DNA from: an uncultured Acidobacteriota bacterium
GTDB lineage: Bacteria > Acidobacteriota > Thermoanaerobaculia > UBA5066
DNA length: 64,000 nucleotides
Direction: 5' to 3'
Assembly (NCBI GenBank): GCA_963779415.1
Contig: CAVZYA010000002.1
Span: forward strand, 1,472,001-1,536,000
Under the pieces are notes generated by a model, which worked only from the letters and a program-made list of their open reading frames with translations, did no database searches and was not told the origin of the DNA. The first letter of the stretch is position 1. Each line of letters starts with the position of its first letter. Shown piece after piece: positions 10,235-18,957 of the stretch. The position numbers were made by a program, and so were the translations under genes.

Positions 10235-11346
10235 GCGACCCTCTTCCGGAACTTCAGCGCCGCCGCGCCGACGATGACGACGGCGTAGAAGAGGAGGAAG
10301 GCCACGGGCCGCCACATCTCTCCGAGGCTGGCGCCGCGGAGGACGATCCCCCGAATCACCTCGATGAAGAAGCGCGCCGGGACGAGATAGGTGATGAGCT
10401 GGAAGACCCGCGGCATTCCGTCGATCGGGAAGACGTACCCCGACAGGAAGACGAACGGGAGCAGGAAGAAGAAGGAGAGCTGGATCGCCTGCATCTGCGT
10501 CTTCGCGACCGTCGAGACGAGCATTCCGAGGCCGAGGACGCAGAAGATGAAGACGATCCCGGCCGCGTAGAACCCGGCGACGCTCCCGGCGATCTCGATG
10601 TCGAAGACGAAACGCATGAGTCCCGTGACGAGCGTCAGCTGGAAGAGGCCGATCAGGAGGAAGGGGAGGATCTTCCCGACGATGAGGCCCAGAGGCGAGA
10701 CGGGCGAGAGCTGGAGCTGCTCGAGCGTGCCGCGCTCCTGCTCCCGGACGATCGCCACGGCCGTGAAGGGGATCAGCGTGAAGGTGAGGATGAGGGCGAG
10801 GAGGCCGGGGATGACGAAGGTGGCGGTCCGGAGGTCCGGGTTGTACCAGGGGCGAACCCGGAGATCCACGGGCGGCGCGGAGCCCGTCCACTTCGCCCTC
10901 CTCATCAGGATCCCGGAAGAGAGCTGGCGGGCGATGCCGGACGCCACCGCGATGGCCTGGGAGGAGACGACGTTGTCGGAGCCGTTGACGACGAGAAGAG
11001 CCCGCGCCGGCGTACCGCGCCGAAGGTCCTTTCCGTAGTCGCGGTCGATGACGAGGCCGACGGAGGCACGGGCGGAATCCAGCTCGCGCCCCATCTCTTC
11101 CATCGAGCCGGCGTATTTCACGATGCGGAAGTAGTCGCTGGCCGTCATCTTCGCCACCAGCTCGCGGCTCTCGTACGAGCCGCTCTCGTCCACGACGACG
11201 GTCCGGAGGTGCTTGACGTCGAAGTCGATGGCGTAGCCGAAGAGGAGCGTCTGGAAGATCGGGATGAAGAAGATGAGCCTCACCGTGATCGGATCGCGCC
11301 TGAGGTGGACGAACTCCTTCCAGACGAGGGTGAGGAGGCGCTTCAC
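10231..11346 (-). CDS. ABC-2 type exporter permease (YbhR/YbhS-like), paralog of the neighbour
   Basis: VWKEFVHLRRD, WYNPDLR, AIVREQERGTLEQL, LSGYVFPIDGMP. Confidence 0.9.
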   Translation of the reverse strand: MKRLLTLVWKEFVHLRRDPITVRLIFFIPIFQTLLFGYAIDFDVKHLRTVVVDESGSYESRELVAKMTASDYFRIVKYAGSMEEMGRELDSARASVGLVIDRDYGKDLRRGTPARALLVVNGSDNVVSSQAIAVASGIARQLSSGILMRRAKWTGSAPPVDLRVRPWYNPDLRTATFVIPGLLALILTFTLIPFTAVAIVREQERGTLEQLQLSPVSPLGLIVGKILPFLLIGLFQLTLVTGLMRFVFDIEIAGSVAGFYAAGIVFIFCVLGLGMLVSTVAKTQMQAIQLSFFFLLPFVFLSGYVFPIDGMPRVFQLITYLVPARFFIEVIRGIVLRGASLGEMWRPVAFLLFYAVVIVGAAALKFRKRVA

Positions 11347-12296
11347 GGGGCGGCCCCCGACAGGCTTTCCGCCCGCTGACGGGCCAGCGAGACGAAGACG
11401 TCCTCCAGCGACGGCTCCGCGGGGGCGGGCGTCCCCGTCCGCGAGAGGAGGTGCATCGTGGCCTCGCCGGCGCCCCGGCGCGAGACGGCGCGAAGGCGCG
11501 TGCCGAAGAGGTAGGCATCCTCCAGCGCGGCGTCGCCGCGGACGGCGGCGAGAGCGGCGAACGGCTCGGCCCCGGCCGCCACCTCGAAAAGGCGCCCGGC
11601 CAGCGCCTCCTTGAGGGAGGTGGGCGTCCCCTCGGCGATCAGCTCGCCGTCGAGGATGAAGGCGAGGCGGTCGCACTGCTCCGCCTCGTCCATGTAGTGC
11701 GTCGTGACGAGGACCGTCATGCCGCGTCCGGCGGCCAGCTCGTAGATCAGGCCCCAGAAGACGCGCCGCCCCTTCGGGTCGACGCCTCCGGTCGGCTCGT
11801 CGAGGAAGAGAAGCTCGGGCTCGTGAAGAAGCGACGCCGCGAGGGCCACGCGCTGGCGCCAGCCGGTCGAGAGCGTCTCGGTCAATTCCGGGAGGAGCTT
11901 CTCGAAGCCGAGCCGCGCCGCAAGCTCGCCGATCCGCCCGGAGAGCTTCTCATTCGAGAGGCCGTAGGCCGCACCGAAGAACCGGAGGTTCTCCTCGACG
12001 GTCAGGTCGAGATAGAGGGAGAACTTCTGGCTCATGTAGCCGAGGCGCGCCTTCCAGCGGTCGGTGTCGCGGACGACGTCGAGACCGCCGAGACCCGTCA
12101 CCGTGCCGGCCGAGGGCGCGAGAAGCCCGGTCAGCATCCGGATCGTCGTCGACTTCCCCGAGCCGTTCGGGCCGAGGAAGCCGAAGACCTTCCCGCGCGG
12201 AATGTCGAAGCTGACGTTCTTCACGGCGACGAAGTCGCCGAATCGGCGCGTCAGGCCCCGGACGGTGACGGCGGCCGCAGCCCCGGCGCCGTTCAC
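11343..12296 (-). CDS. ABC transporter ATP-binding protein
   Basis: Walker A GPNGSGKST, LSTGWRQR, Walker B LLFLDEPT, TTHYMDEAE. Confidence 0.93.
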   Translation of the reverse strand: MNGAGAAAAVTVRGLTRRFGDFVAVKNVSFDIPRGKVFGFLGPNGSGKSTTIRMLTGLLAPSAGTVTGLGGLDVVRDTDRWKARLGYMSQKFSLYLDLTVEENLRFFGAAYGLSNEKLSGRIGELAARLGFEKLLPELTETLSTGWRQRVALAASLLHEPELLFLDEPTGGVDPKGRRVFWGLIYELAAGRGMTVLVTTHYMDEAEQCDRLAFILDGELIAEGTPTSLKEALAGRLFEVAAGAEPFAALAAVRGDAALEDAYLFGTRLRAVSRRGAGEATMHLLSRTGTPAPAEPSLEDVFVSLARQRAESLSGAAP

Positions 12297-13180
12297 GCGG
12301 GCTCCTCTCCGGCGAGGACGAAGACATCCTCGAGCGAGGGCGCGATCCGGCGAATGTCGTCGGCGGAGGCGAGCCCTTCGAGCGCCTTCCGGATTTCCCT
12401 TTCGAAGAAATCTCCGGTGGTCTCTCTCCCCCTCGCATGCAACCTCGTCCCGAACAGCGACACGTCGTCGACCGACGGGACGTTGGCGAGCCGCGCCCGG
12501 ACGGCGAGGCGGTCGTCCGTCCGGATCTCGACGAGGGGACGCGGGTACGAGGCGAGGATCTCGTCTCGCGTCCCGACGGCGGCGAGGCGCCCGCGGTCGA
12601 GGAAGCCGATCCGCGTCGCGTATTCGGCCTCGTCCATGTAAGGGGTCGAGACGAGGATCGTCAGCCCTTCGGCGTGGAGCTGGTTCAGGAGCAGCCAGAA
12701 CTCGCGCCGCGAGACGGGGTCGACGCCGGTCGTCGGCTCGTCGAGGAGGAGGAGGTCGGGCCGCGTCAGGAGGGCGGCGATGAGAGAGAGCTTCTGTTTC
12801 ATTCCGCCGGAGAGCGCGCCCGCGAGCCGGTCGCCGATGCCCGACAGCCCGACGCGCGAAAGGAGAGAGGCCGCGCGCCGCTTCGCCTCGGCGTCAGGGA
12901 TCGCGTACATCCGGGCCCGGAGGAGGAGGTTCTCGTCTACGGTGAGGTCTTCGTAGAGCGAGAAGCGCTGCGGCACCATGCCGAGGGTGCCCCCCTTCTC
13001 GACGCGGACGGAACCGCTCGTCGGGGCGAGGAGCCCCGCGACAATCCGGAAGAAGGTCGTCTTTCCCGCACCGTCGGGGCCGATCAGGGCGAAGAGTTCG
13101 CCCCGCTCGACGACGAGATCGATGCCATCGAGCGCCGCCACGGCGCCGAAGCGCCGCGTGAGCCCCCTCGCGACAATCAT
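12293..13180 (-). CDS. ABC transporter ATP-binding protein
   Basis: ATG overlapping the upstream stop; GPDGAGKTT, LSGGMKQK, LLLLDEPTTGVDP. Confidence 0.93.
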   Translation of the reverse strand: MIVARGLTRRFGAVAALDGIDLVVERGELFALIGPDGAGKTTFFRIVAGLLAPTSGSVRVEKGGTLGMVPQRFSLYEDLTVDENLLLRARMYAIPDAEAKRRAASLLSRVGLSGIGDRLAGALSGGMKQKLSLIAALLTRPDLLLLDEPTTGVDPVSRREFWLLLNQLHAEGLTILVSTPYMDEAEYATRIGFLDRGRLAAVGTRDEILASYPRPLVEIRTDDRLAVRARLANVPSVDDVSLFGTRLHARGRETTGDFFEREIRKALEGLASADDIRRIAPSLEDVFVLAGEEPA

Positions 13181-14181
13181 TTCGCCGGTGTCGCTGTCGT
13201 CGCGGCCTGGACGGCGACTTCCGCCGGCTGCCCCGGCACGAGCGGGTCGCTCCAGCCGCCGTCCAGGTCCACCTTCGCCGCGTAGACGAGGTTCACTCGT
13301 TCGCGGCGCGTCTCCACCGGCTTCGGCGTGAACTCGGCGTCGGGGGAGATCTCGGTGACGCGGGCCGGGAAGCGCTTTCCGGGGAAGGCGTCCACGGTCA
13401 CCTCGGCGGTCTGTCCCTGTTTCACGCGCCCCATCTGCGTCTCGGGAATGAAGCTGCGGACGTAGAGCCGGTTCGCGAAGCCGAGCGTCAGAGCGGGTTG
13501 TCCCGGGCCGAGGAGAAGGCCCGGCTCGGCCATTCGGTGGAGGATCACGCCGTCGGCCGGGGCGCGAATCTCGCTCTCTTTCGCGACCGTCTCCGACTGT
13601 TTCAGGACGCTCTTCGCCCGGTCCACGTCGAACCCGGCCTGTTCGGTCTGGTATTTCCGGAATCCCTCGCGCAAGAGTTGCAGGCGATCTCGCGCCATCT
13701 TCTCGCTCGCCGCCGCCCGTTCCCATGTCGTGCGGGCGGTGTCCGCGTCATGCTCCGTTCCCACTTTCTTTGAAAGCAGGAAATTCTGGCGCTCCAACTC
13801 TTTTCTTGCGAGCTCCACGGCGGCCTTTTTGTCGACGACGTCCGCCTCCGCCTGTGCGATTTCGGCCTCGCGGCTCCCGGACTGAAGGTCCTGGTACCGG
13901 GCCTGGCTCGATTCGAGGCCGCGCCGGTCGCGCTCGACGGCAAGGGCGGTCTCGCCGAGGTCGAGCGTGACGAGGAGGTCACCCGCCTTCACACGGTCCC
14001 CCTCGCGTACCTTCACCTCGAGGACGCGCCCGGCCACCTTGGGCGCGAGATCGACGGTGGGCGCCTCGAGGCGCCCGTTCAGCCGGATCGTGCCCGCTTC
14101 GTCCTTCCTTGCGCAGCCTCCGGCAGCCGCTGCGAGCAGGGCGGCGAGGATCAATGTCGGGACGGCGCGCTGCGGTTTCAA
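13177..14181 (-). CDS. HlyD-family membrane fusion protein (YbhG-like)
   Basis: TTG overlapping the tolC-like stop; lipobox-like AAGGC; LAPKVAGRVLEVKVREGDRV, IRAPADG, AEFTPKPVET. Confidence 0.88.
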   Translation of the reverse strand: MKPQRAVPTLILAALLAAAAGGCARKDEAGTIRLNGRLEAPTVDLAPKVAGRVLEVKVREGDRVKAGDLLVTLDLGETALAVERDRRGLESSQARYQDLQSGSREAEIAQAEADVVDKKAAVELARKELERQNFLLSKKVGTEHDADTARTTWERAAASEKMARDRLQLLREGFRKYQTEQAGFDVDRAKSVLKQSETVAKESEIRAPADGVILHRMAEPGLLLGPGQPALTLGFANRLYVRSFIPETQMGRVKQGQTAEVTVDAFPGKRFPARVTEISPDAEFTPKPVETRRERVNLVYAAKVDLDGGWSDPLVPGQPAEVAVQAATTATPAK

Positions 14182-15806
14182 TGGCCACCTCCCTCGGCGG
14201 CGAACGCCGCGGCGTCGCCGGTGATTCGGATCCCCCGCTCCTCGAGGAGCGTGCCGGTCGAGCGGGCGAGCGCGGTCAGCGCGATCCGGTAGTCGGTGAG
14301 GGCGGAGGTCTCGGTGACCTCGGCCCTCGCGAGGTCGTTCTGCCTCGTCAGGACGAAGAAGTTCGTCGAGAGGCCGGCGGCGAAGCGGTCGGTCTCGGCC
14401 TCGAGCTGCGTCCGTGCCGCCGCGAGGCCGGCTCGCGCGGCCTCGATCCGCTGCGTCGCGGTGTCGAGCCCCAGGATGGCGTTCCGGACCTCCACGGCCA
14501 CGCGCTGCCGTGTCTGGTCGTAGCTCGTCGCGAGCTGGCGCTTCCGGGCCTCCGCGATCACGGCGTCGGCTCTCGCCGACCGGTTTCCGATCGGCAGGGC
14601 GAGGGCGAGGCCGACGAAGGCGTCGGGGAACTCGTTGCTCCCGATCGTCCCGAAGGACGTTCCGAGGTTGCCGGTGAGCCCCGCGGGGATGGTGATGGGG
14701 AGGCCGCCGATCGCGATGATGTCGGGATTCGGGGTGCCGGCGAGGCCACGTCGGCCGTAGGAGGCGACGAGGTCGAGCTGGGGCTTGACCCTCTCCTTCG
14801 CCGCCTCGATCTCGACGTCCTGCCGCGCCACGAGGAGCGAAACGTCCTTCAGCTCCGGGCGCCTCTGCTCGGCCTCGGCGAGAGCGGTGTCGAGGTCGAC
14901 GCTCCTCCGTTCGGCGTCGGGAGAGTCCGTCGGCTCGACGGTCCCGCTCCAGAGCGGATCGCGGGCGTCGCCGAGGACGAGGAGCTTCAGGACGAGCTCG
15001 GACTGCTCCGCCTGCTCCTCGGCCGAGAAGAGCTCCCCCTTCCTCCGTTCCACCTCGGCGATCGGCTCGGCGAGGTCCGACTCCGGCCGGACACCCGCGT
15101 CGATCCGCACCTTCGTGTCGGCCCTCTGCTGTTCGGCGAGCGCAACGCTCCTCAGCGCCACGTCCACCGTTCGGCGCGCCGCCACGAGCCTCCAGTAGGC
15201 GCGTTCCACGTCGGCGACGGTGTCCGAGACCGTCCGTCTGAGCGACGCCTCGGAGCGGTCCTTGTCCAGCTTGGCGATCCGGATCGCCCGGCGGGCCGGG
15301 TCGATTCTGAGCCCCTGGAGGAGCGGCTGTCTCAGCTCGATCGAAAAGCCGGTGTTGTACGCGGGCGTCAGGAGGGCGAAGAAGCTCTGGGCCGTGTCCT
15401 TCCCGAGGATCCCCGTGACGGCCACCGTGCCGCCGGTCGGAAGGAGCTGCGAGAGCGAGACCGACGACGCGAGGTTCGTGTAGCTCGGGCCGAGGTCGGG
15501 CGCGATCGCCCCCGAGAGCGCCGTGTTCATGGCGTCGGTGTGGTCCCGGTAGCTCGCGCTCAGCCTGAAGCCCGGATCGTACGAGCCGTCGGCCCGGTCG
15601 AGCGTGGCGCCGGCGATCCGGAACGAGTCCCGTTCGATGGCGATGTCGTGGTTCTTCGCCAGGGCCATCCTCGTCGCATCGTAGAGCGAGAGCGGAACTC
15701 TCGCCTGCGGCTCCTCGGCCGCGACGGGGAGCGCCGCGAGGAGGGCGAGGAGCGCGGCCGCCGGGGCGAGCGGCGCAGGGAGACGAGGCGACGCGATCAT
15801 GCTCAT
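14178..15806 (-). CDS. TolC-family outer membrane efflux protein
   Basis: Signal peptide, LSLYDATRMALAKN, LRQPLLQG, DRFAAGLSTNFFVLTRQ. Confidence 0.9.
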   Translation of the reverse strand: MSMIASPRLPAPLAPAAALLALLAALPVAAEEPQARVPLSLYDATRMALAKNHDIAIERDSFRIAGATLDRADGSYDPGFRLSASYRDHTDAMNTALSGAIAPDLGPSYTNLASSVSLSQLLPTGGTVAVTGILGKDTAQSFFALLTPAYNTGFSIELRQPLLQGLRIDPARRAIRIAKLDKDRSEASLRRTVSDTVADVERAYWRLVAARRTVDVALRSVALAEQQRADTKVRIDAGVRPESDLAEPIAEVERRKGELFSAEEQAEQSELVLKLLVLGDARDPLWSGTVEPTDSPDAERRSVDLDTALAEAEQRRPELKDVSLLVARQDVEIEAAKERVKPQLDLVASYGRRGLAGTPNPDIIAIGGLPITIPAGLTGNLGTSFGTIGSNEFPDAFVGLALALPIGNRSARADAVIAEARKRQLATSYDQTRQRVAVEVRNAILGLDTATQRIEAARAGLAAARTQLEAETDRFAAGLSTNFFVLTRQNDLARAEVTETSALTDYRIALTALARSTGTLLEERGIRITGDAAAFAAEGGGH

Positions 15807-16510
15807 GTGTGTTCTCCGGATCGAAGCCGTCCGTGCCTGCGCCCACGCCGGCCGCCGGCGCGGCGCGAGGGCGCCGCATCCGGCGCGAAGGCGTTCAGAA
15901 GGTTCTTCGTGAGATCCGCGAGGAAGCGGTCGTTGTCGAGCGCCTCCAGGCCCTCCACGACGTTGTGGCGGCCCATCGCGGCCCGAACGGGACGTGACGC
16001 GCGGAAGAAGATGATCGGGCTGATCACCGAGAGGTACGCGAAGAACGGGTGGACCCGGCGGAAGACGCCCTCCCGCGCGCCCTGCTCGAGGATCCGGCGC
16101 AGATTGAAGAAGACGCGGGCCATCAGGCGGAGGGTGTCCCGGCCGAGGTGGTGGGCGCCCTCGGCCATCTCGCGCATCATGATCGGCGGCAGGTAAGGCC
16201 GGGCGTCGGCCTCCGCGCTGATGGCTGCGACGAACGCGGCGATCTTCCCTTCGGCGCCGGCGGAAGAGCTCGCGATCGTCGCGGTGCGCTCGCCGATCGA
16301 GGCGAAGACGGCGCGGAGGATCTCGACGTAGAGACCCTGCTTGCTGCCGAAGTGGTAGTAGATCATCGCCTTGTTGATGCCGGCGCGTCCGGCGATGGCG
16401 TCGACCGAGGCGCCCGCGAAGCCGTGGAGCGCGAATTCGTCGCTCGCGGCGGAAAGCAGCGCGTCCTTCGATCCGAGGCCCCGGGGTTTCGTCCGTGTCG
16501 TGCGTTTCAT
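15803..16510 (-). CDS. TetR/AcrR-family transcriptional regulator
   Basis: N-terminal HTH FALHGFAGASVDAIAGRAGINKAMIYYHFGSKQGLY; first gene of the efflux operon. Confidence 0.92.
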   Translation of the reverse strand: MKRTTRTKPRGLGSKDALLSAASDEFALHGFAGASVDAIAGRAGINKAMIYYHFGSKQGLYVEILRAVFASIGERTATIASSSAGAEGKIAAFVAAISAEADARPYLPPIMMREMAEGAHHLGRDTLRLMARVFFNLRRILEQGAREGVFRRVHPFFAYLSVISPIIFFRASRPVRAAMGRHNVVEGLEALDNDRFLADLTKNLLNAFAPDAAPSRRAGGRRGRRHGRLRSGEHT

Positions 16511-16530
16511 GGTGCCGCCGGTCCGACCGG

Positions 16531-16573
16531 TCAAACTAACTATTTATTTAACGCCGCGGCCGCCGCCTGTCAA
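16531..16573 (-). promoter_or_regulatory. Promoter and candidate TetR operator for the ABC efflux operon
   Basis: Minus strand TTGACA (16568-16573) followed by an AT-rich tract TTAAATAAATAGTTAGTTTGA (16531-16551), an imperfect inverted repeat over the -10 region. Confidence 0.55.
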
Positions 16574-16639
16574 GCGATGCGGAGAGATCAGGAGCCCCGT
16601 GAGACGGAAGGGCTTCATCGAGCCCCCTTCGGCATCGGT

Positions 16640-16933
16640 CTATGGGGCCGAGATCCGGTTCATCGCCCCGGCCAGCTCGAAATCGAGCGCGGTGATCCCT
16701 CCCGCGTCGTGCGTCGAGAGCTCCACCGTCACCCGGTTCCAGGCGTTCGACCAGTCAGGGTGGTGGTCGAGCTTCTCGGCGACGAGGGCGGCGCGCGCCA
16801 TGAAGCCGAACGCCTCGGAGAAGTCGCGGAAGACGAACTCGCGGCGGAGCTTCCCGCCCGCGAGGGACCAGCCGGGGAGGGCGGCGAGGCGCGTCGAGAT
16901 CTCGGCATCGGAAAGGCGTGCGGGGCGCGACAT
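16640..16933 (-). CDS. phhB: Pterin-4-alpha-carbinolamine dehydratase
   Basis: FRDFSEAFGFM..AEKLDHHPDW..LSTHDAGGITALDFELA. Confidence 0.92.
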   Translation of the reverse strand: MSRPARLSDAEISTRLAALPGWSLAGGKLRREFVFRDFSEAFGFMARAALVAEKLDHHPDWSNAWNRVTVELSTHDAGGITALDFELAGAMNRISAP

Positions 16934-16971
16934 GAGAACGATTCTCGCACCGGGAGCCTAGAATGGGCTCG

Positions 16972-18090
16972 ATGCGGATCGCGGTGGCGATGTCCGGAGG
17001 GGTCGACTCGTCCGTGGCGGCCCTGCTCCTTGCACGGCAGGGGGCGGAGGTCGTCGGGCTCTCGATGCACCTCTGGGATCACGACCGCGACGGGACCGGG
17101 GCGGCGGAAGGGCGCTGCTGCACGCTCGACGACCTTTCGACCGCGCGGCGAGCCGCGGAGGCGATCGGCATCCCTCATTTCGTCCTCGACCTGACCGAGC
17201 GGTTCACCGAGGCGGTCGTCAAGCCGTTCGTGACGGGATACCTCGAGGGGCGGACGCCGATTCCCTGCACGGCGTGCAACACGGACGTGAAGTTCACGTC
17301 GCTCCTCGCCCGAGCGGAGGCCCTGGGCTGCGAGGCCGTCGCGACCGGCCATTACGCCCGGATCGAGAAGGACGCGGGAACCGGGGAGGTCCGTCTCCTC
17401 CGGGCGCTCGATCTTTCGAAGGACCAGTCGTACTTCCTCTACGGACTGACCCCCTCGCAGCTTTCGCGGGCGCTTTTCCCGCTCGGCGAGCTTCGGAAGA
17501 GCCGGGTCCGCGAGATCGCGCGCGAGGCGGGGCTGCCGAACTGGAACAAGCCGGACTCGCAGGAGCTCTGCTTCGTCGCGGGAGGGGACGGTCCCGGAGA
17601 GTTCATCCGGAAGGAGGCCGAGGCGCTCGGCATCCCGCTCCCGACCTTCACGGCGGCGCATTCCGGGCCGATCACCGACTCGGAGGGGAACCTTCTCGGG
17701 CGGCATGAAGGGGCATTCGCCTTTACGGTGGGGCAGAGGCGAGGGCTCGGAATCTCGGCGCCCCGTCCGCTCTATGTTCTCGAAGTCCGCCCCGAAGAGT
17801 CGCATCTGCTCGTCGGCCCCGAAGAGGAGCTCTTCTCGCGGACGGTGCCCCTTTCGGACGTCAATCTCCTCGTCTCTCTGCCGCCCGGCGACGCGATTCC
17901 CGTTCTCGCGCGGATCCGATCCCGTCACCCGGAACAGCCGGCGTCGCTCTTTCGCGGACCGGAAGGGGACCGCCTCGTCTTCGAGAAGCCGGTCCGCGCC
18001 GCCGCCCCGGGGCAGTCGGCCGTCTTCTTCGATCCGGAGCGTCCCGAACGAGTGCTCGGCGGCGGGATCATCTCCGGTCGCGGTTTCTGA
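16972..18090 (+). CDS. mnmA: tRNA 2-thiouridine(34) synthase
   Basis: MRIAVAMSGGVDSS, TPIPCTACNTDVKF, ATGHYAR, KDQSYFL, DSQELCF, FTVGQRRGLG, APGQSAVF. Confidence 0.96.
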   Translation: MRIAVAMSGGVDSSVAALLLARQGAEVVGLSMHLWDHDRDGTGAAEGRCCTLDDLSTARRAAEAIGIPHFVLDLTERFTEAVVKPFVTGYLEGRTPIPCTACNTDVKFTSLLARAEALGCEAVATGHYARIEKDAGTGEVRLLRALDLSKDQSYFLYGLTPSQLSRALFPLGELRKSRVREIAREAGLPNWNKPDSQELCFVAGGDGPGEFIRKEAEALGIPLPTFTAAHSGPITDSEGNLLGRHEGAFAFTVGQRRGLGISAPRPLYVLEVRPEESHLLVGPEEELFSRTVPLSDVNLLVSLPPGDAIPVLARIRSRHPEQPASLFRGPEGDRLVFEKPVRAAAPGQSAVFFDPERPERVLGGGIISGRGF

Positions 18091-18132
18091 TCGGCTTTCC
18101 TCTTTTTCATCCGGTCTTCGTCCCTGCGGCTC

Positions 18133-18161
18133 TTGACTTTTCGAATACTTGCGTCTAACTT
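18133..18161 (+). promoter_or_regulatory. Sigma70-type promoter for the radical SAM gene
   Basis: TTGACT (18133-18138), 17 nt spacer, TAACTT (18156-18161). Confidence 0.55.
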
Positions 18162-18182
18162 ACGTCTTGTCGGGGGTAGCCC

Positions 18183-18836
18183 ATGAGTTCTCGAATCGAC
18201 CAGTCGCCGAACCCTCTTCGACTCGCCAGGGAGTTCATCTCACCGGGGGCGGGGGGACGGCGTGTCTTTACCCTTCTCGTTCCCGGGAGCTGTCGGTACG
18301 GATGCGACTTCTGTCCGATGAGCGCGTCGCGCCAGCTTCCCGACGTATTTCGGACGAGCCAAGGGCTCGCGCGGCTCTTCCTCGCGGCGTTTCGCCGCGG
18401 TCTGTGCGACGGACTCTTCTTGTCGGCAGGCATTCCCCGCCAACCCGCGCGCTCCATGGGGAAGATCCTCGAGATCGTCGAGCTTCTTCGCGTCCAATAC
18501 GGATTCCGTGGATATATCCACGTCAAGACGGTGCCGGGGGCCCAGCCGGGGCAAGTGCAGAAGCTCGTCCACCTCGCCGATCGGGTCTCGTCGCATCTCG
18601 AGCCGGCGTGCCGGAATGCGCTTCTCTCGAACCCGGCCGGGGCGCTGCCAAAAGGGCTCGAGCTTTTTGCGACGCCGGAGGCCGCCTCGCGCGAGCTGCG
18701 CGAGGCCCTTGCCGCTTCGGCCCGCAGGGCTCCCGGGCCTCTTCCACCGGCAGGGCTGACCGGGCAAAGGCTGGGGCAACTCCCTCTGTTTGGAGCTCGA
18801 AGGCCTTCTCCTGCAGAGGATTACGCATCGAGGTGA
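18183..18836 (+). CDS. Short radical SAM protein related to the putative DNA modification/repair radical SAM family (TIGR03916-like)
   Basis: CxxxCxxC motif CRYGCDFC; DGLFLSAG, GFRGYIHVKTVPGA and LADRVS match that family's N-terminal half as I recall it; only 217 aa. Confidence 0.75.
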   Translation: MSSRIDQSPNPLRLAREFISPGAGGRRVFTLLVPGSCRYGCDFCPMSASRQLPDVFRTSQGLARLFLAAFRRGLCDGLFLSAGIPRQPARSMGKILEIVELLRVQYGFRGYIHVKTVPGAQPGQVQKLVHLADRVSSHLEPACRNALLSNPAGALPKGLELFATPEAASRELREALAASARRAPGPLPPAGLTGQRLGQLPLFGARRPSPAEDYASR

Positions 18837-18957
18837 GGGGAACGTGCCGGGAGGTTTTTGTCACGCCGATCGAAGGGGCACCAGGTATCTCCTGAAACCG
18901 AGTCGCTTTCCGGACCGAAAGCCCGCGTCGACAAAGTGATAAAATCCAAGTTTGCTT

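Noticed and set aside
18091-18182. LexA/SOS box upstream of the radical SAM gene
   Set aside because: No convincing match to LexA motifs I know (CTGT-N8-ACAG, GAAC-N4-GTTC, GTTC-N7-GTTC); only a short TTCGAA palindrome
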